From an uncultured Eubacteriales bacterium (GTDB lineage Bacteria; Bacillota; Clostridia; Oscillospirales; CAG-272), in NCBI GenBank assembly GCA_949747515.1, contig CATKFO010000051.1, positions 4,226 through 68,225 of the forward strand: a stretch of DNA of 64,000 nt, read 5' to 3'. The notes under the pieces were generated by a model, which saw only the letters and a program-made list of their open reading frames with translations, was not told the origin of the DNA and ran no database searches. Below, one piece after another: positions 51,795 through 61,812 of this stretch. The position numbers were made by a program, and so were the translations under genes. Every line of letters starts with the position of its first letter. The stretch's first letter is position 1.

Positions 51795-51823
51795 TTGACA
51801 ACCGACGTTTTGTCATATATAAT
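51795..51823 (+). promoter_or_regulatory. consensus sigma-A promoter
   Basis: TTGACA-17bp-TATAAT immediately upstream of the riboswitch. Confidence 0.8.
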
Positions 51824-51831
51824 TATACGTA

Positions 51832-51948
51832 CGGCAGTTCGTAACCATCCTGCCGCGAAAGGCCGCGGCTTTTCGAAATCAAAACTAAGGAGATAAAGAG
51901 CGAGGCGTAAGCCCCGCCGCGTCCTTATGCGGTTAAGGACGTTTTTTT
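51832..51948 (+). ncRNA. preQ1-I riboswitch with terminator expression platform
   Basis: P1 CGGCAG-TTCGTAACCATC-CTGCCG, A-rich tail AAAACTAA(GG), then terminator GCGTCCTTA-tgcggt-TAAGGACGT-T run; precedes queuosine salvage genes. Confidence 0.85.
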
Positions 51949-51953
51949 GTTTT

Positions 51954-52649
51954 ATGGAACGATACTGTAAAATCCTTGAAAAAAGGAAAAGAGAAATCGT
52001 CCTTCTTCGAGGGACGGGATGCGCTTACAAGAGGTGCGCGTTTTGCGACTATTACGACGACGGGCGCGAGGATGGAGAGGCTAATTTTGCCCTAAATCGC
52101 GCTGTGCTGGAGAAGGTTACCGGAGAATTTGGAGAGCTGGAGGTAATAAACAGCGGTTCCGTATTCGAGCTTGACTCCGGTACCTTACGGCTAATCCGAG
52201 AAATATGCCGTGAAAAAAGCGTTTCCACGGTACATTTTGAATCCCACTATATTTATCGTCAAAAAATACCTCGGCTCCGGGCGGAATTTTCCGGAATCGA
52301 CTTGAAAATGAAACTGGGTCTTGAAACCTTTGATTTTGATTTTCGTGAAAACACGCTCAAAAAGGGAATTTCAGAGTATTCTCCAGAAGAGATCGCACGA
52401 AACTTCAACGAAGCTAATTTTTTGTTCGGACTTACAGGACAGACGTTGTCGTCTATGAAACGGGATATCGATTTGGGACTGCGCTTCTTCGAACGAATTT
52501 GCATTAATATAATGTGTGAAAATTCCACGGATCTAAAGCCGGACAAAGATGTGATCGAAGTCTTTATGAAAGGTATATATCCGGCAATAAAATACGACGA
52601 TAGAGCGGATATATTGCTTAACAACACAGATTTCGGCGTCGGAGACTAA
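51954..52649 (+). CDS. queL: radical SAM queuine lyase-like protein
   Basis: MERY..REIVLLRG.GCAYKRCAFCDY (CX4CX2C), LEVINSGS, FESH, GLETFD; preQ1 riboswitch and yhhQ context; start moved to ATG 51954. Confidence 0.75.
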   Translation: MERYCKILEKRKREIVLLRGTGCAYKRCAFCDYYDDGREDGEANFALNRAVLEKVTGEFGELEVINSGSVFELDSGTLRLIREICREKSVSTVHFESHYIYRQKIPRLRAEFSGIDLKMKLGLETFDFDFRENTLKKGISEYSPEEIARNFNEANFLFGLTGQTLSSMKRDIDLGLRFFERICINIMCENSTDLKPDKDVIEVFMKGIYPAIKYDDRADILLNNTDFGVGD

Positions 52650-52684
52650 ATTTTCTATTCCAAATTGAAAGGTGTTTTTTTATT

Positions 52685-53401
52685 ATGACAAACGAGCTTT
52701 TACTTATCGGTTCGGTTATATTTATATTTTCTTCGGCTCTTTTGGCTTATAAGTTTTTCGGCAGGACGGGACTTTACTGTGTTTCTGCCGTCGCTACTAT
52801 TCTTGCAAACGTGGAAGTTTTGATTCTTGTCCGCGCCTTCGGCATGGAGCAGACGCTTGGGAACGTACTATTCGCCGTTACGTTTCTCATCACGGACATT
52901 CTGTCGGAATGCGAAGGAAAAAAATATGCTAACAGGGCGGTGTTCGTAGGAATATTTTCGTCGGTGTTCTTTCTCTTTCTTTCGCAAAGCTGGCTTTTAT
53001 ATACTCCGTCGGACGCCGACTGGGCCATGAGCTCGATATCGGCTATATTTTCAAACACGCCGAGGATGCTTTTGTCGTCGCTGGCCGTTTATTCGGTCAG
53101 CCAAATATTCGACGTTTGGCTATACCACAAGTGGTGGAAATTTACCGAGCGCAGATTCGGAGATAAAAGACGGTTTTTATGGCTGAGAAACAACGGATCT
53201 ACTTTGGTAAGCCAGATATTAAACACTCTTTTATTTACAATCCTTGCATTCTGGGGAGTTTACGACGTCCCGACAATCGTTTCAATATTTGCGTCGAGCT
53301 ATGTTATTTATATTTTTACATCTCTGCTCGACACGCCTGCGGTTTATATTGCAAGAAAAATAAGCGACGGTAAGAAAGCTGCGGATTGTTCCGCTCGATA
53401 A
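52685..53401 (+). CDS. yhhQ: queuosine precursor transporter (YhhQ/DUF165)
   Basis: TLGN..FLITDILSE, SQIFDV, WLRNNGSTLVSQ, LDTP. Confidence 0.9.
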   Translation: MTNELLLIGSVIFIFSSALLAYKFFGRTGLYCVSAVATILANVEVLILVRAFGMEQTLGNVLFAVTFLITDILSECEGKKYANRAVFVGIFSSVFFLFLSQSWLLYTPSDADWAMSSISAIFSNTPRMLLSSLAVYSVSQIFDVWLYHKWWKFTERRFGDKRRFLWLRNNGSTLVSQILNTLLFTILAFWGVYDVPTIVSIFASSYVIYIFTSLLDTPAVYIARKISDGKKAADCSAR

Positions 53402-53527
53402 TATGCTTGGCGTTTGCAGCCGCGAATGTTTGGGACTGCGTCTGGCGTTCGTCTGACTTCCCGCGAAAGAAAATATCGATTCTCTAATAAGATTTTTGAG
53501 AAAAAAGACTTGTCGTCATAATTTTTT

Positions 53528-53652
53528 CGCGAGGCTTTGTTTCGTTAAGCTTCAAACGAAGCGTAGTTGAATCCCGCTTCGTTAGTGTTTTGAAGTAAAA
53601 CTTTCCTACAGATATGCATGCTTGCGCTTCTCAAAATGAAGAGCTTGCGCCG
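53528..53652 (-). repeat. dispersed intergenic repeat, copy 2 (inverted)
   Basis: Reverse complement aligns with 45719-45838 with a few substitutions and indels. Confidence 0.8.
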
Positions 53653-54044
53653 ATCTACGCCTTAACTTTTGTTTAAACCTGAAAAAAAGACAGTCGTTTA
53701 TATGTCGTTCGGCGCGGGCGAGAGAACATACGACTTAGCGCGAGGCGTTATAATCGCTTAAAACGTCAAAACTTTGAATAGATATTTCCTCATAAACAAA
53801 ACCACAATAGAAAAATTCCTCCTATGGCGTCAAAAATAAGCTGACAAAGGAGGAATTTTATGGTTAGTAAAATACAAATGCTGCTTTGTACGAAAATATG
53901 AAAAAGAGTCTAAGAAAGAGTTGCCATGCAGAAAAGAAACCTATGGTAATTCAAATCTCATATATATGAGCGCATATGCGTCTACAGCGACAGTTTATAC
54001 AACTAAAAATAAAACTAAACGCCGTCCGCCCTATTTGAAACGAT

Positions 54045-55160
54045 TCAATAATCCCCGTTTTGCTTTTCTGAAACCAGCATCGTTTTAATATTGTTTCCGG
54101 AGAGGGCGTCCTCGAACGCAAGATTGATCTCGTCTATTGTATAACGCGCGCCCAGCCGCAGTATCTTTTCGTGCAGATCCCGGCGCTCGCTCAAAAATTC
54201 GAGATAAAGACGAACGTCTATCATTGAATACTGCGAAGAACCTATTATATGAAGGGCCTTAAACGTGATCGTCTGCGGCTGTATCCGCACGGCGCCGCTA
54301 TTGCTGTACTGGCCGGGAATCAGATATACTCCGCGATTTCTCAAAATGTCCATTCCCTGAGGAACTGCTGAAACGGCTCCGGACGCTTCAAAGCACAAAT
54401 CTACTCCAAGACCTCCGTTTTCGCAGAGCAAACGCTCGGTCACAGATTCGGCTCCCATTTTCGTAAGGTTGAATACGTCGTCGGCTCCAAGCTCACGCGC
54501 GAGCGCCTCTCTCTTATCGTTGCTTCCGGCGGTAATAGCGTATACTGATTCAATTCCTATCGCCTTAAGATACATTACGGCAAAGCACCCTACGGGGCCA
54601 AGACCCTGCACGACGGCGACCTTTTTTTCGCTTAACTTTACTCCAGCCTGCTCGGCGAGCCTGAACGAATGAACGGCGGTGGGGCCGGGGCATGCGAACG
54701 TGGCGACCATTACAGGATCAAGATCTTCGGGAATTTTTATTAAATTTGTCAGCGGAGTATAGTTTACTTCGACGTATCCTCCGTACAAATACGGCGCAGT
54801 TTCTATACTTCCGCCGTTAGTTACCGCCATATTAACGCAGTTAGCGTCGTCGCCGGTTTTGCATAGAAGACATTCTCCGCATGGAACCGCTATGTCGGCG
54901 ATAACGTTGTCTCCGATTTTAAGTCCATACGCCGCCGCCTCGTCTTCGTCGCAGTCTTCAAGCCTTCCCACAAACTCGTGCCCTATAATTGTCGGAGGCT
55001 CGACGTCCAATTTTCCATTATGAAAATGAACGTCCGTTCCGCAGATTCCGCTGGCGATCAGACTTGAACGTCCGTATCCCGCCGGCGTTTCCGTTATATT
55101 GAATTCACGCACTTCAAAAGGGGCGTGCGCTCCCATAAATACGGCTGCTTTAGCTTTCAT
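54045..55160 (-). CDS. zinc-dependent alcohol dehydrogenase (MDR family)
   Basis: GICGTD, GHE, CGECLLC...C, GLGPVG. Confidence 0.92.
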   Translation of the reverse strand: MKAKAAVFMGAHAPFEVREFNITETPAGYGRSSLIASGICGTDVHFHNGKLDVEPPTIIGHEFVGRLEDCDEDEAAAYGLKIGDNVIADIAVPCGECLLCKTGDDANCVNMAVTNGGSIETAPYLYGGYVEVNYTPLTNLIKIPEDLDPVMVATFACPGPTAVHSFRLAEQAGVKLSEKKVAVVQGLGPVGCFAVMYLKAIGIESVYAITAGSNDKREALARELGADDVFNLTKMGAESVTERLLCENGGLGVDLCFEASGAVSAVPQGMDILRNRGVYLIPGQYSNSGAVRIQPQTITFKALHIIGSSQYSMIDVRLYLEFLSERRDLHEKILRLGARYTIDEINLAFEDALSGNNIKTMLVSEKQNGDY

Positions 55161-55187
55161 TATTTTATCTCCTTTATATCGGTAGTT

Positions 55188-55973
55188 TTATCTCTCGACC
55201 GTTACCGAAAAATTTTCGTTGAAAATAGACTTTATCTCTTCGATACGTTTTTCGGATAACGGTTCCGTATCGCGAAAAGCGTACGTCGATTCCATAGCGT
55301 CGTACTTGCTTGATGCCATTCGATGAAAAGGAAGCAAATCCACGGTTTTCACGCCTATGCTGGCAAGTAATTTCTCGCTCTTTTTCAGTGAATCGTCGTC
55401 TGAGTTTACCCCGGGTATCAGCGGTATTCGGACATGGACGTCCGCGAGAGACGATACAAGCCTTTTTAAATTGCCGATTATCAGATGAAAGTCCCCTCCC
55501 ACTGTCTCTGCGCAAACCCTTTCGTCCGGAGTTTTTAAGTCGTAAAAAAAGCAGTTCGCATAGGGCAGGACCTCCTCGAAATTCTCCCACGGCACGCCTC
55601 CCGCCGTATCGATCAGGGTATGAATTCCAAGCTCGCGAAGTCGTTTGCAAAGCTCCGCTACTTCGCGCGCCTGAAGCATAGGCTCGCCTCCGCTTATTGT
55701 AATTCCCCCTCCGCTGGAGCTATAGAAGTCAGCGTCCTGCATAACGGCTTCGATAATCTCGTCTATCTTCATACGGATCCCGTAAGAAACAGTCTTGCCG
55801 CTTCCGGCGTATACAAGCGTCTGAGGATACGGCGACACAGTTTCTGGGTTGTGGCACCATGGACATCGCAGATTACAGCCTTTAAGAAAAATCGTGCTTC
55901 TTATCCCCGGGCCGTCCCCGGTTGAAAAAAACTGGATATTGGAAACGTTAAGCTCAGTCATACTCGACTCCAT
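55188..55973 (-). CDS. glycyl-radical enzyme activating protein (radical SAM)
   Basis: DGPGIR..FLKGCNLRCPWCHNPE, SGGEP, LLPFH; no ferredoxin insert. Confidence 0.93.
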   Translation of the reverse strand: MESSMTELNVSNIQFFSTGDGPGIRSTIFLKGCNLRCPWCHNPETVSPYPQTLVYAGSGKTVSYGIRMKIDEIIEAVMQDADFYSSSGGGITISGGEPMLQAREVAELCKRLRELGIHTLIDTAGGVPWENFEEVLPYANCFFYDLKTPDERVCAETVGGDFHLIIGNLKRLVSSLADVHVRIPLIPGVNSDDDSLKKSEKLLASIGVKTVDLLPFHRMASSKYDAMESTYAFRDTEPLSEKRIEEIKSIFNENFSVTVER

Positions 55974-56009
55974 AATTTACGTTGAGTTCGCCGCTTTTCG
56001 GGCATATCT

Positions 56010-58145
56010 TTATTCCTGCTGAGTCCGGCTCAGTATATCCTCCTGAACAGCCCTCTCAAGCGTTACGTAATAAGCGGAAAATCCGGAAACGCGCACTACG
56101 AGATCGGAATATTTCTCCGGATGATCCATGGCGTCTTTAAGCGTCTCGCGTGAAGTGGCGTTGATCTGCATCTCCTGCCCTCCTCTTGCAAAGTACGTTC
56201 GGATAAGCGACGCGAGCTTTTCCCTCTTTCCGTCCGCGAACATACCGGGCGAGAACTTTTGATTCAAAACGGTACCGCACGCCACCTGACCGTAATCTGG
56301 TTTTGTCACGCTTAATACGGTCGACGTAGGCCCGCGCGTATCCCGTCCGTAGGTCGGCGACGCGGCGTCGGACAACGGTTCTCCCGCAAGGCGTCCGTCG
56401 GGAGTCGCGCCGATTTCTCGTCCGGCTGAAATATTATTGGTGTTCGCAGCCATAGCGATGTAAAAATATCCTCCGTCCGGAGTTCGGTATTTCTTAAATT
56501 CTTTTGATAGAAAATCTACGTACCACACGGCGTATTTATCCACGAAATCGTCGTTGTTTCCATACTTGGGCGCGCGGAGCAGAGTTTCTCTCAGCTTTTC
56601 GTATCCTTTAAAATTTGCGAGCATAGCGTCTCTAAGCTCTGCGAGAGTCGCCGTACCGTCTGCGAAGACAGTCTTCTCAATAGCCGCGAGAGAATCGCAA
56701 ACCGTTCCGACTCCCATTACGGCGGCTCCGTGAACCGAACGATACTTGCTTCCTCCCATGTTAACGTCGAGCCCCTTTTCAATACAGCCGTCGCAGAAGC
56801 ATGAGAGAAACGGAGTAGTAAGTTCCTCCGGACGCTCCTTTTTATTATGGGCGCAGAATCGTTCTACATATTTGCGCGCCCCGTCGGCGATCTGTTTTTC
56901 AAACTTTTTCATCAGATCGTCCATGGACGAAATATCGGAAACGTCGCCGGAGTCTATTCCCTCGCTTTTGCCGTCGTAAGAGACTCCGCCGTTAAAAAGA
57001 TACTCGAAATACCTCGGCGTGTCGAAACGTCCGTCGCTCCACGGCGGCTGTTTTCCCGTTATAAAGTTTTCAATACAGCCTACCATGGAATAGTTGTATA
57101 TATCCGCTTCTTCATAACATCCGTAACGGCGGAGAGCCTCTATGTTTACCTCGTCGTTCATAAGAGCGGGATATCCGATACCTGTGCCGATAACCTTAAG
57201 ACATGCGTCGAGAAATTCGTCCGGAGAACTTTGAGATATTCTCGCGGAAAGATTTGGGCCCGGAGTAGCGCAGCTCTTAACCGCTTCAAGAACAAGATAG
57301 CTTAGCTCGTTAACGTCGCTTGATCCGTCAGGCTTACTCCCTCCGACGCATATGTTTACTACGTCGTCGGCCCCTCCGTATGCTCTGTGCTCGTAGATCT
57401 TCATAAAGACGTTTTCAAGAAGTTCTTCCGCGAATTCCTCAGTCATTACGCCGTTATCTATATCGCGCCTGAAAAAAGGATACATATACTGATCTATTCT
57501 CCCGAGAGCCATGGCGTATCTTCCTTCTATGCAGTAGCAGGTGTGAATCATCCATACAAGCTGAAGAGCCTGAGCAAAGGTTTCGGGAATTCCCAGCGCC
57601 GCCCTACGGCAGTTTGAAGCTATCCAGTTAAGTCTGCCGCCGTCGTAGCCCTCGCGACCCACAAGTTCCTCGCAGCGATCAGAGTATTTAAGCAGTCTCG
57701 CGCGAAGACCCGAAAGCGCGGTCTCCATTGCCCCGAGGTATCTCAGTCGGTCTTCCTCTCCAGCATGAGCAGCTTTAGACGCTTCAATTCGAGAGAGCAT
57801 GCCGGGCAGTCCTTCGCTGAGGACCGCTCCATAATCGGTTGAATAATGATCCGCGTTTGACCCAAAGCCTCTCTCAATATATTTACCCGAAATTTCGGAA
57901 GAACGCCGCCTGGTTTCCTCGTCTATATCCGTCATTACGTCGCGTATACTGCCGACGATATAATCGTTTTTAAAAATATGAGGAACGGGCCTTTCAAACA
58001 ACGTATATATAGCGTCCGCTCTTTGTCGGGCGTTATCTTCGCTGGTCGAGGAGAAGTAGCCCAAAGCTCTGAAATAATCGGATTGCCATGAGCCGACGAA
58101 CTTTTCACTGATCTCCCTCTTTAAATATTCGGTAGATTTTTTCAT
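56010..58145 (-). CDS. glycyl radical enzyme (PFL-like family), substrate unknown
   Basis: LGRIDQY, Cys loop VGCIE, ATPDGR, Gly loop VRVSGFS; start set at ATG 58145 (711 aa). Confidence 0.92.
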   Translation of the reverse strand: MKKSTEYLKREISEKFVGSWQSDYFRALGYFSSTSEDNARQRADAIYTLFERPVPHIFKNDYIVGSIRDVMTDIDEETRRRSSEISGKYIERGFGSNADHYSTDYGAVLSEGLPGMLSRIEASKAAHAGEEDRLRYLGAMETALSGLRARLLKYSDRCEELVGREGYDGGRLNWIASNCRRAALGIPETFAQALQLVWMIHTCYCIEGRYAMALGRIDQYMYPFFRRDIDNGVMTEEFAEELLENVFMKIYEHRAYGGADDVVNICVGGSKPDGSSDVNELSYLVLEAVKSCATPGPNLSARISQSSPDEFLDACLKVIGTGIGYPALMNDEVNIEALRRYGCYEEADIYNYSMVGCIENFITGKQPPWSDGRFDTPRYFEYLFNGGVSYDGKSEGIDSGDVSDISSMDDLMKKFEKQIADGARKYVERFCAHNKKERPEELTTPFLSCFCDGCIEKGLDVNMGGSKYRSVHGAAVMGVGTVCDSLAAIEKTVFADGTATLAELRDAMLANFKGYEKLRETLLRAPKYGNNDDFVDKYAVWYVDFLSKEFKKYRTPDGGYFYIAMAANTNNISAGREIGATPDGRLAGEPLSDAASPTYGRDTRGPTSTVLSVTKPDYGQVACGTVLNQKFSPGMFADGKREKLASLIRTYFARGGQEMQINATSRETLKDAMDHPEKYSDLVVRVSGFSAYYVTLERAVQEDILSRTQQE

Positions 58146-58239
58146 AATAACAATGCCTTTCTTCACTTTTGGCGCGTCGTCGTATGTCTGCATTATATCC
58201 TCTATAATTTTGTTTTGCAATAGACTATTCTAATTTATC

Positions 58240-58268
58240 TTGACAAAACTAAGGTAAATTATTATAAT
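58240..58268 (+). promoter_or_regulatory. consensus sigma-A promoter for the AraC gene
   Basis: TTGACA-17bp-TATAAT. Confidence 0.75.
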
Positions 58269-58315
58269 AAATAACCGAGATACGGCGAAAAAACTTAATA
58301 TATCGAGGACAAAAT

Positions 58316-59113
58316 ATGGATTATCTTAAGATAGCCTCGCTGCCCGAGGTAAAATTCGCTCATACTTTCGACGCGGAAAAGTACGACAACTACTTTCCCA
58401 AACGCTGCGGAACGGCGGAAATCTCATATTTGAAGGAAGGAGAGCTGCGCGTTGTCAGCGGAGGCGTTCAAACCGTCGCTCGCGCCGGAGATATTCTATG
58501 CACGCTGTTTCGGTCGGATATAGAATTTCACGCTTCAAGATATCATTGTCATCACACGGTCAGCGCTTCCGCGAATTTTATATTCTGCTCCGCTCCGGAG
58601 GAAGATTCCGTTTTTCTTTCGCAGATTATAAGTTCTCCCAATCACGGAAGATTTGAAGAGCTTATAGACAAGCTGATATACGCGAAAAGAATATCTCCGG
58701 AGCGTAAGCTGAAGTGTTCCGGATTGTTTTTGCAGCTTATAGACGAATTAAGCGAGGAATGTAAGAAAAACGAGAGAGAAAAAGACGTCGGAGGATATTC
58801 ATATGTAGGAAAGGCTAAAAAATATATCTACGACAATATCGAACGGCGCGTGTCTCAAAAAGAAATCGCCGCTCATCTTGGAATTACGCCCGAATATTTG
58901 TGCTCCGTCTTCAAAAAATATACCGGAGATTCAGTGATAAAATTTATTAACAGCCGAAAACTTGAAAACATATGCGTCATTATGAAAAAGGAAAACGTTC
59001 CGCTCTACCGCGCCGCGGAAATGTATGGGTTTAACGATCCTAATTACGTCAGCCGCCTTTATCGGAAATACTACGGAGTCAACATAACGGACGACTCGAA
59101 AAAAGTAACATGA
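58316..59113 (+). CDS. AraC family transcriptional regulator
   Basis: Cupin-like N-terminus; IAAHLGITPEYLCSVFKK and AEMYGFNDPNYVSRLYRKYYG double HTH; divergent from the GRE operon. Confidence 0.92.
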   Translation: MDYLKIASLPEVKFAHTFDAEKYDNYFPKRCGTAEISYLKEGELRVVSGGVQTVARAGDILCTLFRSDIEFHASRYHCHHTVSASANFIFCSAPEEDSVFLSQIISSPNHGRFEELIDKLIYAKRISPERKLKCSGLFLQLIDELSEECKKNEREKDVGGYSYVGKAKKYIYDNIERRVSQKEIAAHLGITPEYLCSVFKKYTGDSVIKFINSRKLENICVIMKKENVPLYRAAEMYGFNDPNYVSRLYRKYYGVNITDDSKKVT

Positions 59114-59329
59114 TAAATTGACGGCAATTTTTAAAGCATAAATAAGCATAGCTAATATTTTCTACACAAATTAACGTTGAATTTTTTCATTCTTTTTGTT
59201 ATAATTCGATGTGGACGCGTTTGGAAAGCTGTAAAGGGGATAAAAAATCCGCCGAACATAATTTGAAACGCTAGTCCTATAAAGCTTAACTTATAAAATA
59301 TAAACGAACGAAAGTCGGTGTTAAAAATA

Positions 59330-59890
59330 ATGAAGCTTCTTGACACAATAGAAGAATCCTCGAAAAAAGCCGCGGAAGAGATTATTTCAGTCGGACGATT
59401 GAAGGCCGGGGACGTTCTGGTAGTAGGCTGTTCCACCAGCGAAATCTCAGGGGGAATCATCGGCCGCGCTTCGTCTCCGGAAATTGCGGAAGCCGTGTAT
59501 AAAGGCGTCTCCGAAGCGGCCGATAAAGCGGGAGTATACGTCGCCGCTCAATGCTGCGAGCACCTGAACCGCGCTATAATCATAGAGCGAGAAGCCGCTT
59601 CCCGTATGCCGTCCGCTTCTATAGTAAACGTTCTTCCACAGCCTAAAGCGGGGGGCTCCTTCGCATCAGCCGCTTATAGGGCGATGAAGGATCCCGTAGC
59701 CCTTGAGGAAATCGCCGCCGACGCGGGACTCGATATAGGAAATACTCTCATAGGAATGCATCTGAAGCGCGTAGCCGTTCCAGTGAGGCTGGAAATCAAA
59801 AAGATCGGAGACGCGGCGGCGACGGCGGCGAGAGTCCGTCCTAAGTTTATCGGCGGTTCCAGGGCGGTTTACGACGATAATTTAATGTAA
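59330..59890 (+). CDS. TIGR01440/DUF436 (YwlG-like) protein
   Basis: VVGCSTSEI, QCCEHLNRA, PKAGGS, GLDIGNTLIGMHLK, RPKFIGG. Confidence 0.9.
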   Translation: MKLLDTIEESSKKAAEEIISVGRLKAGDVLVVGCSTSEISGGIIGRASSPEIAEAVYKGVSEAADKAGVYVAAQCCEHLNRAIIIEREAASRMPSASIVNVLPQPKAGGSFASAAYRAMKDPVALEEIAADAGLDIGNTLIGMHLKRVAVPVRLEIKKIGDAAATAARVRPKFIGGSRAVYDDNLM

Positions 59891-60027
59891 GTCAAGCCTG
59901 ATAAAATAGACGTAAAAAATACGCTCTTGCAATATGAAGCGAAAAGATATATAATATTAGCGATCGCGGTCGCCGGACTTTAAATAAAAAGGACGCCGCG
60001 CTATTACGTTGAACGGAGTTTTAAACA

Positions 60028-60780
60028 ATGCTTAAAGATATTATCGGAGGAAGCGTGCGAGACTATCACGGCTTTGCTCTAACAGAATTTGAATTTGAAG
60101 GAGCCTACGCGCTTATTGCGGAGCCTGCGGATCCAACGCCGGAACGCCGCTTTATATGGCGATCGGAATTTCCGGAGGCATTTGACGCGGTGGACGTTGA
60201 AATGCTTAGGCGGGGATATTACCTCGTATACGTTCAGGCTTCCAATATGTTCGGATGTCCGGAGTCGATAAAAATCATGAAGAATTTCTATGATTTCCTT
60301 ATCGAAAAAGTAGGACTTTACAAAAAAACTATTATCTTCGGATTCAGCCGCGGAGGTCTTTATGCGGTTAATTTCGCGCTTACTTATCCCGAATGCGTCG
60401 ACGCGCTTTACCTCGACGCCCCCGTCCTCGACCTTAAAAGCTGGCCGGGCGGTCTGGGAGTAGGTAAAGGCAACGCTTCCAACTGGGAAAAATGTCTTAA
60501 AATTTATGATCTCGATCGTTCGTCCGCGCTTTCGTTCAGGGGTAACCCGTCCGACAGATTGGAAGAACTTGCAGCCTTAAATATTCCGACGGCTCTTGTC
60601 GCCGGAGACAGCGACGAGACTGTTCCTTACGCCGAAAACGGAGCTTTGCTTGAAGAAGTATATAAAAAAATGGAGAAAAAGCTCCTATGCATAATTAAAC
60701 CGGGATGCGATCATCATCCTCACAGCCTGGACGATCCTACTCCGGTAGCCGATTTCCTCGTAGAATCTTCATCTATTTAA
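60028..60780 (+). CDS. alpha/beta hydrolase (esterase-like)
   Basis: GFSRGG nucleophile elbow, GDSD, HHPHS. Confidence 0.85.
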   Translation: MLKDIIGGSVRDYHGFALTEFEFEGAYALIAEPADPTPERRFIWRSEFPEAFDAVDVEMLRRGYYLVYVQASNMFGCPESIKIMKNFYDFLIEKVGLYKKTIIFGFSRGGLYAVNFALTYPECVDALYLDAPVLDLKSWPGGLGVGKGNASNWEKCLKIYDLDRSSALSFRGNPSDRLEELAALNIPTALVAGDSDETVPYAENGALLEEVYKKMEKKLLCIIKPGCDHHPHSLDDPTPVADFLVESSSI

Positions 60781-60854
60781 ATTAAAATCTGAAAACGCTG
60801 AAAAATATAAAATCCAATCCTGAATAATACTTCAGAATCAAGGAGGATACCCGC

Positions 60855-61667
60855 ATGAAGCGTTTAACATCCTTAATTTTTGCAGTAGTTATGGCTTTGA
60901 TGTCGCTTTCGCTGAGCTCATGTCTTCGCGACGCCGACGAAACGATCTCGGCGGCCGTGGATGAAGGAACGGCTGAGGACGCGTCTTACACCATAAAAAA
61001 TATAGTTACCGAAAACACCGACGCCGAGGCGAAAACGGAGCTTCCGGTCGTTATCGACAACGTCAAAGGCGACGAGTTGACGGCTACCGCGTCGTGGGAT
61101 TTAAGCTTTTACGCGCAGAAACCTGACGACGGAAGCTATTCAAGAACTATGGAATATACCACTGATTTTGCTTCTGCAAAGGAGGACGGGTCTCCGTTTG
61201 ACTTGGCCGTGCTGGGTCTTATACCTTCCGCAGACGAATCTCTTCCCGCGTACGCCTATCGGGACGTATGGATCTCCGAGGCCGAAAAGGAAGGCGTGAA
61301 GATGGACGACGCAAAGGCCTCGTTTACGGTGTCGTATCAGCTGAAAAGCGGAGACACCGAGGTTTACGAGGTAGCGGGCCCTTCGGACGCGGAAAAGGTC
61401 GGCGACGTCGGGCATATCGAGTTATATCTTTACGACGACGTTCATCAGGAGCCCGGAGCGAGATACTCTCATCTGACTGAAGATTCGCTGAACGATTGGG
61501 TCGTAGTGACGACCGTGAAAGTTACGGCGGGAGAAAAGGTCGACGAGGTCGAGCAGATATTTCTGACCGCGCGTCTCGCCGCCAAAGGAGACGCAAGCGA
61601 TTTCGGAACATCAACGGTAGTAATAAAACGTCCCTCGACCGACTCGGCAGACGAGAACGACGACTGA
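60855..61667 (+). CDS. hypothetical lipoprotein
   Basis: Lipobox LSSC, RBS AGGAGG. Confidence 0.7.
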   Translation: MKRLTSLIFAVVMALMSLSLSSCLRDADETISAAVDEGTAEDASYTIKNIVTENTDAEAKTELPVVIDNVKGDELTATASWDLSFYAQKPDDGSYSRTMEYTTDFASAKEDGSPFDLAVLGLIPSADESLPAYAYRDVWISEAEKEGVKMDDAKASFTVSYQLKSGDTEVYEVAGPSDAEKVGDVGHIELYLYDDVHQEPGARYSHLTEDSLNDWVVVTTVKVTAGEKVDEVEQIFLTARLAAKGDASDFGTSTVVIKRPSTDSADENDD

Positions 61668-61812
61668 TTACGATTACTGATCCGACTCGCCCCGGAAGCA
61701 AATAACGCTCTCTAAGCGATTTAGACGTTCAAGCGGAATTCGCGCCTTGTCTGATATATAATTATATCTGCAGCCGCGTCGTCTTGACGATCACGAAGGG
61801 AAAACAAGTAAA

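Noticed and set aside
56010-58145. Pyruvate formate-lyase call
   Set aside because: It lacks the adjacent Cys-Cys pair required by PFL
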